Source: a bacterium (lineage in GTDB: Bacteria; Sysuimicrobiota; Sysuimicrobiia; Sysuimicrobiales; Humicultoraceae). Taken from it: 11,577 nt of DNA. Positions 6,628-11,577 of the stretch are shown here, piece by piece. Every line of letters starts with the position of its first letter. The first letter of the stretch is position 1. The notes beneath the pieces are model-generated. The model was not told where the DNA came from. It saw nothing but the letters and a program-made list of their open reading frames with translations, and ran no database searches. The translations under genes were made by a program, and so were the position numbers. The stretch is taken from positions 1 through 11,577 of the forward strand of contig JBGQGY010000115.1 in assembly GCA_041497675.1 (NCBI GenBank), read 5' to 3'.

Positions 6628-6935
6628 CCGGCTCACCGGCGACCGTGCTGATGGCGGCCGGTCTGGGGCTGCTGGGCGTCGGCCTGTACGGCCTGCTGAT
6701 TTCCAGGAATCTGATCAGGATCGTCGTCGTGCTGCAGGTGTTGGTGAAGGCGGCGGTGCTCGCGCTGGTCGCCGCCGGCAGCGCGTCGGGCCGCATCGGT
6801 CTCTCGCAGAGTCTGGGCGTGACCGTCATCGTCGCGGACACCGTGGTGGCCGTCATCGCGCTCGCGCTGGCCGTACAAGTGCAGCGGCGCTTCGGGACGC
6901 TCGACGTTCGCGCGCTGTCTTCATTAAAAGGATGA
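6624..6935 (+). CDS. NuoK/MrpC-like membrane subunit, 103 aa
   Basis: GLYGLLISRNLIRIVV...QSLGVTVIV...ALALAV...GTLDVRALSSLKG; three TM helices. ATGA overlap at 6624-6627 defines the start, so the 6006 start in the track is a spurious extension. Confidence 0.9.
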   Translation: MTGSPATVLMAAGLGLLGVGLYGLLISRNLIRIVVVLQVLVKAAVLALVAAGSASGRIGLSQSLGVTVIVADTVVAVIALALAVQVQRRFGTLDVRALSSLKG

Positions 6936-6939
6936 GACA

Positions 6940-8685
6940 ATGGCGGGCTGGCTGATCGCGCTGACCATCGGCCTCCCCTGGGTGGGTGCGCTGGCTGTGC
7001 TCGCGGCGGGCAACCGCAGGCCGAGGGCTCAGCACGCGCTGGCTGTGGGTTCCGCCACCGCGGCGGCCGCGGTATCACTCGCGCTGCTGCGCTTTGGGTC
7101 GGCAGATGTCGCGGTGCGCATCGGGGCCGGCGGGGTCTTTGGCGAGTTCACCTTTGTGCCCGACGGGCTGGGGATCTTTCTGGCAGCCGTGGCCGCGGTC
7201 GTGGGCGGCCTGTCCGTCTTGTTCTCGGTGGACTACATGCGCGGCGAGCCGCAGCTCGGCCGGTACTACGCGCTCGTGCTGATGTTCATCGGCGCGATGG
7301 CCGGGCTGGTGTTGACCGGGAGCCTGCTGCTGCTGTTCCTTTTCTGGGAGATGGTGGCGTTCTGCTCGTATGCGCTGATCGCGTTTCACAACGACGACCC
7401 CAGGGCGGTGGCCGGAGGCATCAAGGCGCTGATCATCACTCAGATTGGCGGTCTCGGGCTGCTGGCGGGTGTGGTCGTGATCTATGCGCACCTCGGGACG
7501 ACGGACATTGCAACGTTCTTGACACACGCAGGTAACCTGCCGAACGGTACGCTCACGTTAACGGCATTTGGATTCCTGATGGCGGCCGCTGCCAAATCGG
7601 CGCAGGTGCCGTTTCACACGTGGCTGCCGGACGCCATGGAAGCGCCGACGCCGGTGAGCGCGCTGATCCACGCCGCGACGATGGTTAACGCCGGCGTGTA
7701 TCTGCTGGCGCGATTCTATCCCGCGTTTGTCAGGGTGCCCGGGTGGACGGATGTCGTGATCGGTGTGGGCGTGGTCTCGGCCTTGCTGGCCGCGCTGATG
7801 GCGCTCGCGGCGACGGACCTCAAACGCCTGCTGGCCTACTCAACCATCAGCCAGCTCGGCTACATGGTATACGCCGTGGGCGCGGGCGCCGTATTTGCCA
7901 GCCAGTTTCACCTGTTGAGCCACGCGGTGTATAAGGCGTTGCTGTTTCTCGGCGCGGGGGCCGTGATCCACGCCGTCGGGACGCGCGACCTGCGGCAGAT
8001 GGGCGGGCTGGGCACCCAAATGCCGTTGGTCGGGGCCGTGTTCATCCTGGGCGCGGCGGCGCTGATCGGTGTGCCCGTGCTCAATGGGTTTTGGAGCAAG
8101 GAACTGATCCTCGAGGTCGGCATGAGGGGTGGATCGTGGCTCCCATCGATCGCCCTGCTCGCCGCGACCGCTCTCACGGCCTGCTACGCGGTCCGCGTGG
8201 TGTGGCTGGTGTTCTTCGGTCAGGCGGGCCCGCGGCGCGTGCACGACGCGCCGATGGCGATGCGGATTGCGTTGGGCGTGCTCGCGGCCGGTACGCTGTC
8301 GACTTGGGTGTTGGCCGGGGCGCTGGACCGGTCGCTGGCGACGACGTTGCCGTTCCATGATCTGCAGGCACGCTCCCTCGGCGATATTGTGACCGAGGTG
8401 ATCACGGCCCCATACACTGTTCTCGTGCTCGCCGTGGCGGTCGTGGGCCTCCTGGCGTGGTGGAGACGAGATCGCTTGGCGCGCGCCGGACGCGTCGCGC
8501 GAGTGGCCGCACTTGTGATCGAGAACGGATTTGAGTGGATCAATACGCAGGTGGTCCGCGCGGCCGTCCGCGCGGCGTCAGCTGCCGGCGCGACGCAGAC
8601 CGGGCTGCTGAACTGGAACATGGTAGGGATCGTCGCGGGGCTGCTGATGTTGTTGGGCATCGCCGCCATGGGGACCCTGCGATGA
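6940..8685 (+). CDS. NuoL/MrpA-like antiporter-type proton-translocating subunit, 581 aa
   Basis: LFLFWEMVAFCSYALI, AAKSAQVPFHTWLPDAMEAPTPVSALIHAATMV, DLKRLLAYSTISQLGYM, HAVYKALLFL, GFWSKE, plus a C-terminal amphipathic helix, QTG and a final TM helix. Confidence 0.95.
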   Translation: MAGWLIALTIGLPWVGALAVLAAGNRRPRAQHALAVGSATAAAAVSLALLRFGSADVAVRIGAGGVFGEFTFVPDGLGIFLAAVAAVVGGLSVLFSVDYMRGEPQLGRYYALVLMFIGAMAGLVLTGSLLLLFLFWEMVAFCSYALIAFHNDDPRAVAGGIKALIITQIGGLGLLAGVVVIYAHLGTTDIATFLTHAGNLPNGTLTLTAFGFLMAAAAKSAQVPFHTWLPDAMEAPTPVSALIHAATMVNAGVYLLARFYPAFVRVPGWTDVVIGVGVVSALLAALMALAATDLKRLLAYSTISQLGYMVYAVGAGAVFASQFHLLSHAVYKALLFLGAGAVIHAVGTRDLRQMGGLGTQMPLVGAVFILGAAALIGVPVLNGFWSKELILEVGMRGGSWLPSIALLAATALTACYAVRVVWLVFFGQAGPRRVHDAPMAMRIALGVLAAGTLSTWVLAGALDRSLATTLPFHDLQARSLGDIVTEVITAPYTVLVLAVAVVGLLAWWRRDRLARAGRVARVAALVIENGFEWINTQVVRAAVRAASAAGATQTGLLNWNMVGIVAGLLMLLGIAAMGTLR

Positions 8686-10145
8686 CCGCGGTCTGGGTGA
8701 TCGGCGTGCCACTCTTGTCCTCGCCGCTGGTGTACCTGGCCGGGCGGCTGCGGAACGCGGCGCGCTTGCTGGCGCTGATCGCGCTGCTGGCCGCGTGGGC
8801 CCCGTTTGTCGTCGCGGCGCGAGCGCTCGGATCCGAAGGCGCCGTGACCATGACCGTGGGCACGATGGCGCTGGTCGTCGACGGGGTGAGCCTGCTCGTC
8901 GCGGCGATCGCCCTGACGCTCGGGCTGATGGTGGTTCTGTTCTCAGGGCCCGACATCGCCGGTGAAGCGGGTGAGGAAAAATACTACGCGATGCTGGTCG
9001 CGATGATCGGCGCGATCATCGGTCTGGGGGCCGCCGCCGACCTCTTCAACCTCTGGGTCTGGTTCGAAGCGATGGCCGTCGCGTCGTACATGCTCGTGGC
9101 GTTTCATCGCGAGCAGCCCGCATCGCTTGAGGCCGATGTCAAGTATCTGGTGCAGGGCGCGGCGGGGTCGGTGCTGGTGCTGGTTGGCATCGCGGGCGTG
9201 CTGGCGCAGACGGGAACCCTGAGCCTGCAGGAGATCGGTCGCGCGCCGGCCACGCCGCTCGTGCAGGCCGCGGCCGCCCTGTTCATCGTCGGCTTCGGCG
9301 TCAAGGCAGCGCTCGTGCCGCTGCACACCTGGCTGCCGGATGCCCATGCGCAGGCACCCAGCGGCATCAGCGCGATGCTCTCAGGGATCGTGATTGGCGC
9401 GGCGCTGGTCGCGCTGTTGCGGGTACTGGCTGCGCTGGGACCGGTGGGCGCATCGTGGGGCGCGGTGCTGATGGGGATCGCGGCATTCAACCTGGTGGCC
9501 GGCAACCTGCTGGCGCTCCGGCAGACGCAGGTGAAGCGCCTGCTGGCGTACTCCAGCGTGAGTCAGATGGGGTATGTCGTACTGGGTCTTGGCGTCGCCG
9601 TGTATGCGGGCGCGCCGGCCGCCGCCTCCGGCGCGCTCTTCCACCTCGCGACCCATGCGTTGATGAAGGGGCTGGCGTTTCTCGCCGCGGGGGCGCTGAT
9701 CTATTCCACGCGGCCCGGCGCCGCCCTGACCGTTGCCGATCTCAACGGCGCCGCGCGGCGCTATCCGCTGGCCGGGTTCGCGCTGAGCGTAGCGATGTTG
9801 GGACTCGCCGGTCTCCCGCCGCTCGCCGGTTTCATGTCGAAGTGGCAGATCTTCGCGGGAGTCGCCGCAACTCGCGAGCCCGCGGCGATCGCGCTCGTCG
9901 TGTTCGCCGCCGCCAACAGCGTGCTGTCGCTCGCCTACTACGCGCCGCTGGTGAACGCGGTGTATCGCTGCGAGGAGTCTGACGTGATGCGCGACGGGCG
10001 CGCCATGCCGGCCGCGATGACCGCCGCACTGGTGGCGCTTGGTGTCGGGGTGATCGCGCTCGGCGTGTGGCCCGGTCTGGCGCGATGGCTCACCGATCCC
10101 GCCGGGTCCGCCATCCTGCGCGCCCTGGGGAGCAGAACGCCATGA
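8682..10145 (+). CDS. NuoN/NuoM/MrpD-like antiporter-type subunit, 487 aa
   Basis: DLFNLWVWFE, GFGVKAALVPLHTWLPDAHAQAP, VKRLLAYSSVSQMGY, HALMKGLAF, GLPPLAGFMSKW. ATGA overlap at 8682-8685 defines the start. Confidence 0.93.
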   Translation: MTAVWVIGVPLLSSPLVYLAGRLRNAARLLALIALLAAWAPFVVAARALGSEGAVTMTVGTMALVVDGVSLLVAAIALTLGLMVVLFSGPDIAGEAGEEKYYAMLVAMIGAIIGLGAAADLFNLWVWFEAMAVASYMLVAFHREQPASLEADVKYLVQGAAGSVLVLVGIAGVLAQTGTLSLQEIGRAPATPLVQAAAALFIVGFGVKAALVPLHTWLPDAHAQAPSGISAMLSGIVIGAALVALLRVLAALGPVGASWGAVLMGIAAFNLVAGNLLALRQTQVKRLLAYSSVSQMGYVVLGLGVAVYAGAPAAASGALFHLATHALMKGLAFLAAGALIYSTRPGAALTVADLNGAARRYPLAGFALSVAMLGLAGLPPLAGFMSKWQIFAGVAATREPAAIALVVFAAANSVLSLAYYAPLVNAVYRCEESDVMRDGRAMPAAMTAALVALGVGVIALGVWPGLARWLTDPAGSAILRALGSRTP

Positions 10146-10456
10146 GAGAGGTCCTCTTGTCCCCGCCGGCGGCCTTCATGGTCTACCTGGTGTTGGTAGG
10201 CGTGCTGGCCGGGGCAGGCCGCGTGTTGGCCGGCGCCCCACATCCCTCCCCGCTCAAATCGAGCACGTACGCCAGCGGGGAGGCGGCCCCCTCCGAGCTG
10301 GCGGCCCCGGGGTACCGGTCGTTCTTCGCGGTGGGTCTGTTCTTCGCGGTCCTGCACCTGGGGGTCTTGTTGCTGGCCACCGGCGGGTTGACGCTCATCG
10401 CGGGCGCGTATCTGGTCGCGTTGATCCTCACGTTGATGGCGGTGATCCTGGGATGA
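10142..10456 (+). CDS. NuoA-like small membrane subunit, 104 aa
   Basis: TM helix, loop with K-x-x-x-YASGE (compare NuoA K..xYEC/SG), then two TM helices. ATGA overlaps at both ends (10142-10145 and 10453-10456). Confidence 0.75.
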   Translation: MREVLLSPPAAFMVYLVLVGVLAGAGRVLAGAPHPSPLKSSTYASGEAAPSELAAPGYRSFFAVGLFFAVLHLGVLLLATGGLTLIAGAYLVALILTLMAVILG

Positions 10457-10953
10457 GCGCAGAGTCGGAGCCCAGCGGGCGCGTGCGGCTCGAAGAGCCC
10501 TGGCAGAACGTGCTGGATGCCGTCCGGCGGTGGGCGAGGATCAACTCGCCCTGGGCGGTGCATTTCAACAGCGGATCGTGCAACGGCTGCGACATCGAGA
10601 TTCTGGCCACGCTGACGCCGCACTACGACGTCGAGCGGTTCGGCATCAAACTGCGGGGCACGCCGAGGCACGCCGACGTGTTGATCTGCACCGGGCCTGT
10701 CACGCGCCAGGCCCGCGACCGGCTCCGCCGCGTCTACGAACAGATGCCCGAGCCGCGGTACGTGATCGCGGTGGGGTCGTGTGCCATTTCCGGTGGGGTG
10801 TTTCAGGGCTGCTACAACATCGTCGGGCACGTCGATGAAGTCATCCCCGTGGATGTCTACGTGCCGGGCTGCCCGCCGCGGCCCGAGGCGATCATCGATG
10901 GGCTGATCAAACTGCTGGAACGCATGAAGGAGAGCGATGCGCATGAGCACTGA
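10453..10953 (+). CDS. Group 4 [NiFe]-hydrogenase small subunit (NuoB/EchC/HycG/MbhJ family), 166 aa
   Basis: SCNGCDIE, DVERFG, TPRHADVLICTGPVT, QMPEPRYVIAVGSCAISGG, PVDVYVPGCPPRPEA. Four Cys ligands for one [4Fe-4S] cluster, in the CxxC (hydrogenase) form rather than the tandem CC form of complex I. Confidence 0.95.
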   Translation: MSAESEPSGRVRLEEPWQNVLDAVRRWARINSPWAVHFNSGSCNGCDIEILATLTPHYDVERFGIKLRGTPRHADVLICTGPVTRQARDRLRRVYEQMPEPRYVIAVGSCAISGGVFQGCYNIVGHVDEVIPVDVYVPGCPPRPEAIIDGLIKLLERMKESDAHEH

Positions 10954-11395
10954 GGCGGCACTCGATACGGCGGCGACGATCCTGGCACCTTGGGGATCAG
11001 CGGCCACTCGCCCCGAGCCGACCCGGCTGGACGTTACCATCGCGCGCGAACACCTGCTGGACGCCGTCGCCGCGTTGCAGCGGGCGCGCTGGGGATACCT
11101 GTCGGCAATGACGGGGCTCGACCGACCGGCGACCGGCGAGTTCGAGGTCCTGTATCACTTCTGCGCGGGCGCGGCGATCGTCACCCTGAGAGTCCACGCC
11201 CCCAAGGCCGACGCTACCGTTCCCAGCATCTGCGGTCTGATCCCGTCGGCGAGTTTCTTCGAGCGCGAACTCAGCGAGATGTTCGGCATCACTGTCGCGG
11301 GCACGCCCAACCCCGCCCGGCTCTTTCTGCCCGATGACTGGCCCGAGGGAGTGTTTCCCTTGCGAAAGGATTTCGGTGGTGAGCGTCATGCCTGA
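10937..11395 (+). CDS. NuoC-like (EchD/MbhK family) subunit, about 150 aa
   Basis: YLSAMTGLD, FEVLYHF, VPSICGLIPSASFFERELSEMFGI, G.P.P.RLFLPDDWPEGVFPLRKD. AGGAG at 10928-10932; the start could be 10937 or 10943. Confidence 0.92.
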   Translation: MRMSTEAALDTAATILAPWGSAATRPEPTRLDVTIAREHLLDAVAALQRARWGYLSAMTGLDRPATGEFEVLYHFCAGAAIVTLRVHAPKADATVPSICGLIPSASFFERELSEMFGITVAGTPNPARLFLPDDWPEGVFPLRKDFGGERHA

Positions 11396-11577
11396 GCGAT
11401 TCGTGATCCCGATCGGTCCGCAGCATCCCGCGCTGCAGGAGCCGGGGCACTTCGAGTTCACGGTCGACGGGGAAACCGTGACCGGCGCGTCGGCGCGCCT
11501 GGGGTACGCGCACCGCGGCATCGAGAAGGCGGCCGAGGCGCGGACGTGGGTGCAAGACCTCTATCTGCTCGAGCGCA
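11388..11577 (+). CDS. NuoD-like / group 4 [NiFe]-hydrogenase large subunit, N-terminal 63 codons; runs off the right edge
   Basis: Manual translation MPERFVIPIGPQHPALQEPGHFEFTVDGETVTGASARLGYAHRGIEKAAEARTWVQDLYLLER shows the GPQHP, DGE and GYxHRGIEK motifs. It overlaps the previous stop (11393-11395) and is absent from the ORF track because it has no stop in the window. Confidence 0.92.
   Translation, partial: MPERFVIPIGPQHPALQEPGHFEFTVDGETVTGASARLGYAHRGIEKAAEARTWVQDLYLLER

Noticed and set aside
7501..7580. Local GC dip (32/60 at 7501-7560) inside the NuoL-like gene as a possible insertion
   Set aside because: The frame stays open and the stretch corresponds to the variable loop between TM6 and TM7; no repeats or mobile-element ends.
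8535..8681. Upstream extension of the 8535..10145 ORF (same issue for 10067..10141 and 5099..5152)
   Set aside because: These overlap the preceding genes. ATGA overlaps or SD position define the shorter starts.
10183..11555. Long minus-strand ORFs 10183..11040, 10997..11521 and 11289..11555
   Set aside because: They are antisense to strongly motif-supported hydrogenase subunits.
6166..11577. Calling the operon canonical complex I (nuo) or an Mrp antiporter
   Set aside because: The small subunit has CNGC rather than tandem CC, gene order and antiporter count differ from nuo, and Mrp operons lack NuoB/C/D-like genes. Gene symbols were therefore withheld.
1..11577. CRISPR arrays, IS elements, integrases, tRNA/rRNA, toxin-antitoxin or defence genes
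   Set aside because: No spaced direct repeats, transposase or integrase motifs, terminal inverted repeats or structural-RNA signatures seen by eye.

Overview
High-GC bacterial chromosomal DNA that is almost fully coding. I see no rRNA, tRNA, CRISPR array or mobile element. Left part (1-6057) is a mix of small accessory genes. A minus-strand M81 (MlrC-like) metallopeptidase runs off the left edge and is absent from the ORF track. Divergently on the plus strand follow a small 4-TM membrane protein, an ICMT/PEMT-family methyltransferase that looks broken by an internal deletion and frameshift, an M19 dipeptidase behind a possibly structured leader, a dienelactone-hydrolase + DUF6295-like pair, a putative lipoprotein, and a DUF3303-like gene overlapping an AlkA-family glycosylase. 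Right part (6166 to end) is the first eight genes of a tightly coupled operon for a group 4 [NiFe]-hydrogenase-type (complex-I-related) membrane complex. Gene order is NuoJ/MbhDE-like, NuoK/MrpC-like, NuoL/MrpA-like, NuoN/MrpD-like, NuoA-like, small subunit (CNGC type), NuoC-like, and a large subunit cut off just before the expected Ni-binding motif. The most interesting signals are several missing conserved charged residues and a short lateral helix in the membrane arm, a His-to-Glu change at an expected metal-ligand position of the M81 peptidase, and a leader-ORF/inverted-repeat layout ahead of the dipeptidase. All family calls rest on motif recognition from memory, not database searches.
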